From Candidatus Uhrbacteria bacterium (GTDB taxonomy: Bacteria; Patescibacteriota; Patescibacteriia; UBA9934; GWF2-40-263), in assembly GCA_016219925.1 (NCBI GenBank), contig JACRJU010000015.1, forward strand, positions 4,672-68,671: 64,000 nucleotides of DNA, given 5' to 3'. The position numbers and the translations under genes were made by a program. Under the pieces are notes generated by a model that was not told where the DNA came from, did not search any database, and saw only the letters and a program-made list of their open reading frames with translations. Shown piece by piece: positions 46,645 to 54,129 of this stretch. The first letter of the stretch is position 1, and each line of letters starts with the position of its first letter.

Positions 46645-46995
46645 ATGGCTCTGTCTCAAACTTTTTCTCCTTCGTTTGTTTTGCATCGTCAACACTCGGG
46701 TTGGCGAATGCCCTCGCGCGCCTGGTTCAATGTCGCTTCGTTGATCGTTTTGATTTCGTTGTGTATCGGTTATGTGGTGCAAGTGAATCGCACCGTATCG
46801 CAGGGTTATCAAATGCGTGAGCTGGAAACGCGCATTAACGATTTAACGATTACAAATCAAAAAATGGAAGTGGCCACCCAGCAGGCCCAGTCGCTCGATA
46901 ATATCGCGCGCGCGACAAAGATGATCGGACTGGTCAAGGCCGAGCGACCGGTGTATGTGCAAGCCGGTGCGCCTTCGTACGCCATGGCAAAATAG
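46645..46995 (+). CDS. FtsL-like cell division protein (single TM plus coiled coil)
   Basis: It follows rsmH in the canonical position, with one TM helix and then a heptad-like region (RELETRINDLTITNQKMEVATQQAQSL). Confidence 0.45.
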   Translation: MALSQTFSPSFVLHRQHSGWRMPSRAWFNVASLIVLISLCIGYVVQVNRTVSQGYQMRELETRINDLTITNQKMEVATQQAQSLDNIARATKMIGLVKAERPVYVQAGAPSYAMAK

Positions 46996-47118
46996 ATAAA
47001 ACGAAAAAGGAGAGCGCCGAGCGCTCTTTTTTGGTTTATGAAGAGTGTCATCCTGAAGGAGTTTCAAGCGACTGAAGGATCTCGAGGTAAATGACCGTAA
47101 GTTACGATTGCGATCACG

Positions 47119-47193
47119 ATTTATCCTGCCTTCGGGCCAACGGACTCATCGCCGTTGTTCCCTCCGGCAGGATAGATCGTGATCGGTTCGTGC
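47119..47193 (+). repeat. Conserved-core hairpin element, copy 2
   Basis: The outer arms CGATCACGATTTATCCTGCC and GGCAGGATAGATCGTGATCG are complementary with one U·G. The core is TTCGGGCCAACGGACTCATCGCCGTTGTTCCCTCCG. Confidence 0.8.
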
Positions 47194-47267
47194 CTGCAGA
47201 CACGGGCCTGGTTGTAGTGTTCTCAAAACGGACGTGTTATACTTTTATCATCGAGATTCAAGGAGGT

Positions 47268-47819
47268 ATGCTTTCAACGGTTTTTATTGACGCTGGTCAA
47301 GCGACGCGCGTATTCGCACAGATCAACTGGCTTCAGCCCAGTTGGGATTTGTTTATCGTGCTCTTTTTTATTATCGCGTCGTTGCTCTACGGTATTTCAC
47401 TCGGTCGCGATCGCATCATTGTCATTCTGGTTTCGATCTACATGGCGTTGGCGATCGTCAATTATATTCCGTTCATCAGCGCTTTCACGGCTGACATTTC
47501 CGTCAACGACGCCTTTGCGTTGCGTATTTCCGTCTTCCTTGGCATCTTCATTCTCCTTTTCTTTTTTCTTTCGCACTCCGCGCTTCTGCGCACTCTTGGT
47601 CATGCCGCGGCTCAAGGCCCACTCTGGCAGGTGATGATTTTTTCGTTTCTTCATGTGGGACTTCTCATCAGTGTAACCTTGTCTTTTTTTCCGGCCAGTC
47701 TTTCAAGTGTGCTTTCACCACTTACACAAGCGTTTTTTACGAGCGATATTGCGCGCGCGGCATGGGTCTCATTGCCGGTGTTAGCGATGGTGGTGATCGG
47801 TCGCGGGTACGACGATTAA
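47268..47819 (+). CDS. Hypothetical polytopic membrane protein
   Basis: ATG 47268 is preceded by AGGAGG. There are about five TM helices and no recognised family. Confidence 0.4.
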   Translation: MLSTVFIDAGQATRVFAQINWLQPSWDLFIVLFFIIASLLYGISLGRDRIIVILVSIYMALAIVNYIPFISAFTADISVNDAFALRISVFLGIFILLFFFLSHSALLRTLGHAAAQGPLWQVMIFSFLHVGLLISVTLSFFPASLSSVLSPLTQAFFTSDIARAAWVSLPVLAMVVIGRGYDD

Positions 47820-47820
47820 A

Positions 47821-47961
47821 GCCCTCGACAAGCTCGGGCAATAAAGTCGCATTGCGAATGGATAAGTAGTCACGGCCAGTGGGGAGGCGGCCATGGGGCC
47901 CCCATCCGCGCGCAGCTTGCGAGCACGGATGGGGAAATGGCCAGCCGGGCCCCCACTGGCC
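47821..47961 (-). repeat. GC-rich ~150-bp element B (inverted copy of 41785-41935)
   Basis: It is the reverse complement of element A. It is followed by TCTGTACTGATCTGAAATCTGTATCT, a direct copy of the motif at 42008-42033. Confidence 0.8.
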
Positions 47962-48066
47962 GTATATCCATCATCTGTCTATCTGTACTGATCTGAAATC
48001 TGTATCTTCTGTAATCTGTACTTCCGAGCTTGTCTCGGTCTCTTTTTTTGTTATACTTACCTGCGT

Positions 48067-49710
48067 ATGCTTCAGCTTTACAATACGCTCACGCACAAAA
48101 AAGAACCGTTTGAACCTCTCAAAAAAGGGCGGGTCGGGATTTATGCCTGCGGTCCAACGGTTTACTGGTTTGCCCACCTTGGAAACATGCGGGCGTTTTT
48201 GTTTGCAGACCTTTTGCGCCGCGTGCTGAGTGCGAACGATCTGGCGGTAAAGTTCGTCATGAATATTACGGATGTCGGCCACCTTACGGACGATGCCGAC
48301 GAAGGGGAAGATAAGATGCTTGTTTCGCAACGTGCAGCGTTTATTTGTCCTAAGTGCAAGAAGTTCCACATTAGTGGATTGATATTGAAAAAAAATCAAA
48401 CAGAGGATAATCGAATTTTTAAAAATACGACTTTAGAAAGCCAATATGTGATATGTCAGAACAAGAAATGTAATGAAAAGATTTTTTTCAATTCCGAAAA
48501 CCTAGCTTTACATCCGATGCTTAGTGAATTGGCTCGTTTTTATGAAAAACAGTTTAAGATGGATATTAAACAGTTCAACATTATACCCGCCACAGAATAT
48601 CCGCGTGCCACAGATAATATTAAGGTACAGATTCAAATGATTAAAGATATAGAAAAGAATGGTTTTACATATAAGACGACAGATGGGATCTATTTTAATA
48701 CTTCAAAGCTTCATGATTATGGAATTCTTTCAGGTCAAAAAAGTAATGAAAAAGAAGGTGGCATCCGCGTGGCAATGAAAGAAAAAAAAAATGCAACAGA
48801 TTTTGCATTATGGAAGTTTAGTTATCCAAATGGTATTAGCAGAGAAGATTACATTTCAAACATGAAGAGTGGGTTAACCTTAGTAAATACCAACTGGAAA
48901 GGAAAGAAATTAATTTTGCGAGATCCTGAAATGGAATGGGATGCGCCGTGGGGGACGGGGTTTCCCGGTTGGCATATCGAATGTTCGGCCATGTCGAAAA
49001 AATATCTCGGGTTCCCGTTTGATATTCACACCGGCGGCGTGGATCACATCGCCGTTCACCATGAAAACGAACTTGCGCAATCCATCGGATGTTGCGGCAT
49101 TTATGAGGCGCGGTTTTGGATGCACAGTGAATTTTTGACGGTTGATGGGGGCAAGATGAGCAAGTCGCTTGGCAATTTGTTCACGCTTCAGGATCTTATC
49201 AACAGAGGCTATGATCCACTCGCGTTTCGTTATCTCACCCTTAGTGCACACTATCGCACCAAGCTCAACTTCACCTGGAAGGCACTTACCGCATCGCAAA
49301 ATGCGCTTCATCGCCTGTACGATACCGTGCGCGATTGGGACACACCGAAGATTGGGTGCTCGGAGTATGAACAGCGATTTGACGCGGCGTTTGAAGATGA
49401 TTTGAATGCTCCGCAAGCGCTCGCGGTGATGTGGGAGATGATTGAAGACGGGGCATTGCCGACTTCGGGTAAAGCTCAGTCTATGTTGAAGTTTGATCGC
49501 GTGCTCGGTCTTGGACTTGAAGCGTATATCGCAACCCCCCTTTTTATCCCAGAAGAGGTACGTGCGCTGATCGCCGAGCGCGAAATCGCGCGTGACGCAA
49601 AAGATTGGTCAGCGTCTGATCGACTGCGCGAACAGATCGAACAGCTCGGGTTCACTATTGAAGATACCCCTAAGGAAACAAAAGTTCGTCAAAAAAGATT
49701 ATCGCTATGA
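48067..49710 (+). CDS. cysS: Cysteinyl-tRNA synthetase with an inserted AT-rich zinc-ribbon segment
   Basis: CGPTVYWFAHLGN is the HIGH-type motif. Also present are GFPGWHIECSAM, the Zn site, and KMSKSLGN. An extra ~60 aa inserted after DKMLVSQRAAF contains CPKCKK…CQNKKCNEK. Confidence 0.9.
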   Translation: MLQLYNTLTHKKEPFEPLKKGRVGIYACGPTVYWFAHLGNMRAFLFADLLRRVLSANDLAVKFVMNITDVGHLTDDADEGEDKMLVSQRAAFICPKCKKFHISGLILKKNQTEDNRIFKNTTLESQYVICQNKKCNEKIFFNSENLALHPMLSELARFYEKQFKMDIKQFNIIPATEYPRATDNIKVQIQMIKDIEKNGFTYKTTDGIYFNTSKLHDYGILSGQKSNEKEGGIRVAMKEKKNATDFALWKFSYPNGISREDYISNMKSGLTLVNTNWKGKKLILRDPEMEWDAPWGTGFPGWHIECSAMSKKYLGFPFDIHTGGVDHIAVHHENELAQSIGCCGIYEARFWMHSEFLTVDGGKMSKSLGNLFTLQDLINRGYDPLAFRYLTLSAHYRTKLNFTWKALTASQNALHRLYDTVRDWDTPKIGCSEYEQRFDAAFEDDLNAPQALAVMWEMIEDGALPTSGKAQSMLKFDRVLGLGLEAYIATPLFIPEEVRALIAEREIARDAKDWSASDRLREQIEQLGFTIEDTPKETKVRQKRLSL

Positions 49711-50891
49711 AGAAGGTCACCGCTTTTCTTGTTTTGATCATGCTAGTTGGCGCGGGATGTTCTCGTCAAACCGCTATTTCAAATCAAATCGGCACATCAC
49801 ATTTTGGCCGATTGGTTGGCGGACCAGTGACCGAAAGTTTCATCGCAGGTGGGTGGGTGCGGCCGCATCCCGGCCCGTTTTGGTGGGATCAGATTGAAAC
49901 CAGCCAGGACGTTTACGAGTGGTCGCAGGCCGACCAAACTGTTCAGTATTGGCAAGCGCGCCATCAAGCGATTCTCGCGACTCTCTGGCCGTTTGCCCAG
50001 TGGGATCAAGAGCGTTGTCGCGCCAAAGAGCCGAAGGTAAAAAATCCATTCGGTTCCGGCTTGGCGCATCTGGGCGACGTCTGTCACAACGATTCGTTTC
50101 AAGAGTGGGTCCAGAAGGTTGTTGAGCGCTATGACGGCGATGGGTTTGATGACATGCCCGGCTTGAAATATCCAATAACGCACTGGGAAGTCGGCAACGA
50201 GCCGGATCTTCAAACGAAGGACATCACCTTTTTCCAATCCGGCCCCAATGGCTATGTGGATGTGTTGCGCTTGGCGCGCGAGGTCATTTTGAAAGCGGAC
50301 TCAAACGCCGTGATTGTCCCTGCGGGGATGTCTGGGATGCAGAACCAGGCGCAAACGTATTGGCGTACGGTGTTACAAAGCGGTCATGATTTGATGACCA
50401 TGGGGAATGTTCATTCGATTGGAGCGTCCGAAGATTTTTTCGCCAGAGACTATCGTTTGTTTTTGAACAGCGCGAATTTGAAAGATATTCCGTTTTGGAT
50501 GACAGAAGCTTTGGTTGGTTCGCAAGAGCAGGAGTGGTCTGATGAACAGAAGGCCCCGCAGACGTTGATCGGGTATGCGAGCGCGTTTGCGAGTGGTGCG
50601 CAGGTGATTTTTGATGTGGGAAAAAATGATCCTACCGGCGGCCCAGGCGAACCCGCCGAGCAAACGTTCCAGCGCGTGGTTCAACAGCTCGATCATTTTG
50701 AGAAAGCCGACTGGCTCGATAAAAGCGTGGTGCGGTTTACCATCGGTCGTCGAACGGTTTATGTGCTCTGGGCGGGAGCGGAACTTCCTGAAGATGTTAA
50801 AGGTCGAGTGACCGTATGGACGTATGACGGAAAGGAAAGTTTGGTTGATGCGCGATCTGTGAAAGCGGAGGTGCCGATGTTTGCGTATTAA
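49707..50891 (+). CDS. Secreted lipoprotein, clan GH-A-like glycoside hydrolase
   Basis: It has a signal peptide and lipobox (LVGAGC). The sequence HWEVGNEPD is the NEP catalytic acid/base motif of (beta/alpha)8 clan GH-A enzymes. Confidence 0.5.
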   Translation: MKKVTAFLVLIMLVGAGCSRQTAISNQIGTSHFGRLVGGPVTESFIAGGWVRPHPGPFWWDQIETSQDVYEWSQADQTVQYWQARHQAILATLWPFAQWDQERCRAKEPKVKNPFGSGLAHLGDVCHNDSFQEWVQKVVERYDGDGFDDMPGLKYPITHWEVGNEPDLQTKDITFFQSGPNGYVDVLRLAREVILKADSNAVIVPAGMSGMQNQAQTYWRTVLQSGHDLMTMGNVHSIGASEDFFARDYRLFLNSANLKDIPFWMTEALVGSQEQEWSDEQKAPQTLIGYASAFASGAQVIFDVGKNDPTGGPGEPAEQTFQRVVQQLDHFEKADWLDKSVVRFTIGRRTVYVLWAGAELPEDVKGRVTVWTYDGKESLVDARSVKAEVPMFAY

Positions 50892-50896
50892 GCGCT

Positions 50897-51892
50897 ATGG
50901 AAAAAAAATTCGTTGCCAATAAAGCGTTTTTGATCAACCCCCAAGGAAAAATTTTGCTTATTCGTTATGCGGGCGAGGGCGATCATGCCAACTCCGCCGG
51001 CCGATTGGATATTCCCGGCGGGCGGATGGAAGCACACGAGCATCCCCGTGAAGGTTTGGCGCGTGAAGTGAAAGAAGAGGTAGGGATTTCGATTGACCCC
51101 GCGCTCGCGCGTCCGTTTTATATTGATCTTTGGGGCGTGCGTGGCGATGTCGAACACGAACCCATCGTCGGGGTTTTTTATGCGGTGCCGGTTCGGGACG
51201 AGGCCATCACCTTGTCGGATGAGCATAAAGAATCTGTGTGGTATGACCCACGAGGGCCGTTGCCTGAAGGACTGACCGATGCGGTGCGCGGAGCGATTGA
51301 GGCGTATCGAAATAACGAAGGCATCGTGACCGCCGCGGACGATGCGATCAAAGGACGCGAAGGGTTTGGATTGATTCAGGTTTTTACCGGCAACGGGAAA
51401 GGGAAGACCACAGCCGCCCTTGGGGAGGCCATGCGCGCACACGCGATCGGTAAGCGCGTTGTCATTATCTATTTTGACAAAGGAGGAACGACGCATTATT
51501 CGGAGCGCAAGATTTTAGAGAAGCTTGGGATACCGTTCGTTGCGACCGGACGCGACCGTATTGACCCCGTCACCGGTCGGTTTGATTTTTCGATTCTCGA
51601 AGAAGATAAACAAGAAGCCGCGCGCGGTTTAGCAGAAGCAGAAAAAGCCCTGGCGCAAGGGATTGATCTTATCGTCCTCGATGAGATCAACTCAACCGTT
51701 TCTTTGGGAATGCTGGATGAATCTTCTGTTCTTCATCTGCTTAAGAAAAAACCTGAGCGGACTGAACTTGTGTTGACGGGTCGCAATGTGCCAGATTCAT
51801 TTATCCAAAAAGCGCACCTTGTGAGCGAGATGCGCCTGCGTAAGCATTATTTTTACTCGGGCGTTCCGGCGCGCGAGGGATTGGATTTTTAG
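50897..51892 (+). CDS. Fusion protein: N-terminal NUDIX hydrolase plus C-terminal CobA/CobO/BtuR-type ATP:corrinoid adenosyltransferase-like P-loop domain
   Basis: The Nudix box is GRMEAHEHPREGLAREVKEEVGI. The CobO-like domain has IQVFTGNGKGKTTAALGEAMRA, DLIVLDEI, and LVLTGR. Confidence 0.7.
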   Translation: MEKKFVANKAFLINPQGKILLIRYAGEGDHANSAGRLDIPGGRMEAHEHPREGLAREVKEEVGISIDPALARPFYIDLWGVRGDVEHEPIVGVFYAVPVRDEAITLSDEHKESVWYDPRGPLPEGLTDAVRGAIEAYRNNEGIVTAADDAIKGREGFGLIQVFTGNGKGKTTAALGEAMRAHAIGKRVVIIYFDKGGTTHYSERKILEKLGIPFVATGRDRIDPVTGRFDFSILEEDKQEAARGLAEAEKALAQGIDLIVLDEINSTVSLGMLDESSVLHLLKKKPERTELVLTGRNVPDSFIQKAHLVSEMRLRKHYFYSGVPAREGLDF

Positions 51893-53241
51893 CGAAGCAA
51901 AATCGTGGCCAAACCGAGGAACGTCAGGAATCCCAGGACGTCTGTCGCGGTGGTGATGAACACCGTGGCTGAAGAGGCTGGATCTTTTCCGAGACGTTTC
52001 ATAATGAGCGGGACGAGTGTTCCAAAAAATCCGGCGACAAGAAGATTTGTCATCATGGCGATGCTTAAGACGAGGGCTAAACGCAGATCATGATTAAACA
52101 AGATGACAATGGCCGCTACAATCAGACCGTTGATCACCCCGTTGATGAGACCGGCTAAAAGTTCACGAGAAATCGTCGGCCACGCCGTTTTCAAATCGAT
52201 TTGATTGAGCGTGATGCCGCGCACCAAAACGGCGAGCGTTTGCGTTCCGGCGTTGCCGCCCATGCCTGCAACGATTGGCATATAGACGGCCAGCAAAACA
52301 TATTTTGAAATGGTTTCATCAAACAAGCTCACCGTGAACGAAGCGAGAAACGCCGTGGCAAGGTTGATGATGAGCCATTTGTAACGCGAGGATACCTTCG
52401 CCCATGTGGAATCTGCGACCGTTTCCTCCTGACGCACGCCGGCCAAATGGTAAAGCGAAGCGGATTCGTGTTTAGAGATGCGACTGAGCAAGTCATCGGA
52501 ATAAATAACCCCGATCACGTTTCCGGTTTTACCTCGTACGACCACGCGCGCGTGCGGATGCTGGCGGAAGACTTCCAGGACTTCTGCATGGTTGGCGTCA
52601 TGGGCGATGGAGGGGACGTGTCGGATGAGTCGTTCGATCGGCTCGCTTGGACGAGCGATGGCCAAGGCGTGGCCGGGAATGTAGCCGATGATTTTGTTCG
52701 CGCGCATCGCGATGACGGTTGGGATGCGGCCCGTGCGCGATTCATGCTCTTTGATTTTGCGCGCTACGGCTTGAACCGTTTCACCCGTTTCGATTTGGAT
52801 ATAGTCCGCACTCATGAGTCCCGCGGCCGTTTGCGGATCAAACGACGACAAGAGCTCGACGCTATTTTTCAGCTCGCGCGTGAGGCGCGAGATCAAACGG
52901 TGTCGTCGGAGTTTTGGGAATTGTCTTAAGAGGTCCGTTGTTTGATCGGGATCCAACTCATTGAGCGCTTCAATGATGACTTCATCTTTGATTTTTCTTG
53001 CGATGTCATTGAGGGTTTGTTTACCGAGGTTGCACAAGAGCACCGCTCGAATTTCCGGCGCAAGCGAAAGGAAGCGTTTGACACGCTCCTTTTTGTTGAA
53101 TTGCATTTGGTGCACGAGTTCACGCACGTCGCGCGCGGAAAATTTTTTTGTTGCCATACCTCCGTTGGCTTCTATTGTACACCGAGCTTTCGCTTCAAAC
53201 AAAAAAGACCTCCCATTGGATGAAGACCGATTTGTGACCAT
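51889..53241 (-). CDS. mgtE: Magnesium transporter MgtE
   Basis: It has the N-terminal MgtE_N domain, tandem CBS domains, and a C-terminal five-TM MgtE domain (GNAGTQ, PLIMKRLGKDPA). Confidence 0.85.
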   Translation of the reverse strand: MVTNRSSSNGRSFLFEAKARCTIEANGGMATKKFSARDVRELVHQMQFNKKERVKRFLSLAPEIRAVLLCNLGKQTLNDIARKIKDEVIIEALNELDPDQTTDLLRQFPKLRRHRLISRLTRELKNSVELLSSFDPQTAAGLMSADYIQIETGETVQAVARKIKEHESRTGRIPTVIAMRANKIIGYIPGHALAIARPSEPIERLIRHVPSIAHDANHAEVLEVFRQHPHARVVVRGKTGNVIGVIYSDDLLSRISKHESASLYHLAGVRQEETVADSTWAKVSSRYKWLIINLATAFLASFTVSLFDETISKYVLLAVYMPIVAGMGGNAGTQTLAVLVRGITLNQIDLKTAWPTISRELLAGLINGVINGLIVAAIVILFNHDLRLALVLSIAMMTNLLVAGFFGTLVPLIMKRLGKDPASSATVFITTATDVLGFLTFLGLATILLR

Positions 53242-53300
53242 ATCTCCAGGCCAACGGACTCATCGTCGTTGTTCCCTCCGATAGGGTCACAAATCTGTCT
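53224..53300 (+). repeat. Conserved-core hairpin element, copy 3 (overlaps the mgtE start codon)
   Basis: The arms AGACCGATTTGTGACCATATC and GATAGGGTCACAAATCTGTCT have two mismatches. The core is TCCAGGCCAACGGACTCATCGTCGTTGTTCCCTCCG. The mgtE ATG (complement of 53239-53241) lies inside the 5' arm. Confidence 0.75.
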
Positions 53301-53334
53301 CCTGTGCCTTGAACGGTCTTGTGATACGAATGAT

Positions 53335-53409
53335 TGGTCGGGCTGGCGGGACTTGAACCCGCGGCCTCTTCGTCCCGAACGAAGCGCGCTACCACTGCGC
53401 CACAGCCCG
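53335..53409 (-). tRNA. tRNA-Pro (anticodon CGG), CCA encoded
   Basis: The reverse complement has acceptor CGGGCTG/CAGCCCG, D-arm GCGCAGTGGTAGCGC, anticodon loop TTCGGGA, and a T-arm containing TTCAAGT. Confidence 0.8.
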
Positions 53410-53442
53410 ACGAATCATTCCTATTTTTTCTTAAACAATGAG

Positions 53443-53515
53443 TCGGGCCAGCGGGGCTCGAACCCACGGCCTCCAGACCCCCAGCCTGGCGCTCTACCTA
53501 CTGAGCTATGGCCCG
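53443..53515 (-). tRNA. tRNA-Pro (anticodon GGG)
   Basis: The reverse complement has acceptor CGGGCCA/TGGCCCG, D-arm GCTCAGTAGGTAGAGC, anticodon loop CTGGGGG, and a T-arm containing TTCGAGC. CCA is not encoded. Confidence 0.8.
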
Positions 53516-53580
53516 TCTCGTCGTTCAAGCATGTACAACAGGGAGGATCATAGCGTTCCTGTTTATGAAAATCAAGGGAC

Positions 53581-54126
53581 ATGGTAACCTTTTCAATTAT
53601 GATTTGGCCGATCCTTTCTCTTCTCGCATTTTTTTTGCTTGCCTCGCTCGCCTATGCCGCGTGGCGCGGCGCGCCATGGGTGCCAACCTGGAAACGCGAT
53701 CTCAAACGCATCGAGCGGTTGGCGCAACTTCAAGAAACGGATCGCTTCGTCGAGCTGGGATGTGGAACAGGGCGCGTGTGCCGACACCTCGCGAGAACCT
53801 CCGGGGCCGTATCGCACGGAGTCGAGTTGTCGGTTCTTCAGTGGGCTTATGCGCGTTTGCTTGGTCTGCTTGCTTTTTCCGGCAAGGCCTGCGCCCAGCA
53901 TCACATTTTTTTAGCCGATGCGTTTTATTTTGATCTATCGCCTTATAATGTTGTGTATTTATTTTTGATGCCCGAAACGTATAAAAAAATACGTCGGAAG
54001 CTCACGAGCGAACTGGCTTCCGGCGCGCGGGTGATCACGTATGTGTGGCCTATTCCCGGCTGGACGCCTTCGTATGTGGATCGTGTTGAAGGTAGTCCGG
54101 ATTTATACGTGTATGTGAAGAAGTAG
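53581..54126 (+). CDS. Class I SAM-dependent methyltransferase with N-terminal TM anchor
   Basis: FVELGCGTGRVCRHLA is SAM-binding motif I. The protein is small, about 180 aa. Confidence 0.6.
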   Translation: MVTFSIMIWPILSLLAFFLLASLAYAAWRGAPWVPTWKRDLKRIERLAQLQETDRFVELGCGTGRVCRHLARTSGAVSHGVELSVLQWAYARLLGLLAFSGKACAQHHIFLADAFYFDLSPYNVVYLFLMPETYKKIRRKLTSELASGARVITYVWPIPGWTPSYVDRVEGSPDLYVYVKK

Positions 54127-54129
54127 GTC

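Noticed and set aside
53222-53300. Possibility that the element at the mgtE start is an M-box (ykoK) Mg2+ riboswitch.
   Set aside because: It is far too short, about 80 nt, and lacks the conserved M-box helices and sequence. It is a member of the local hairpin-repeat family instead.
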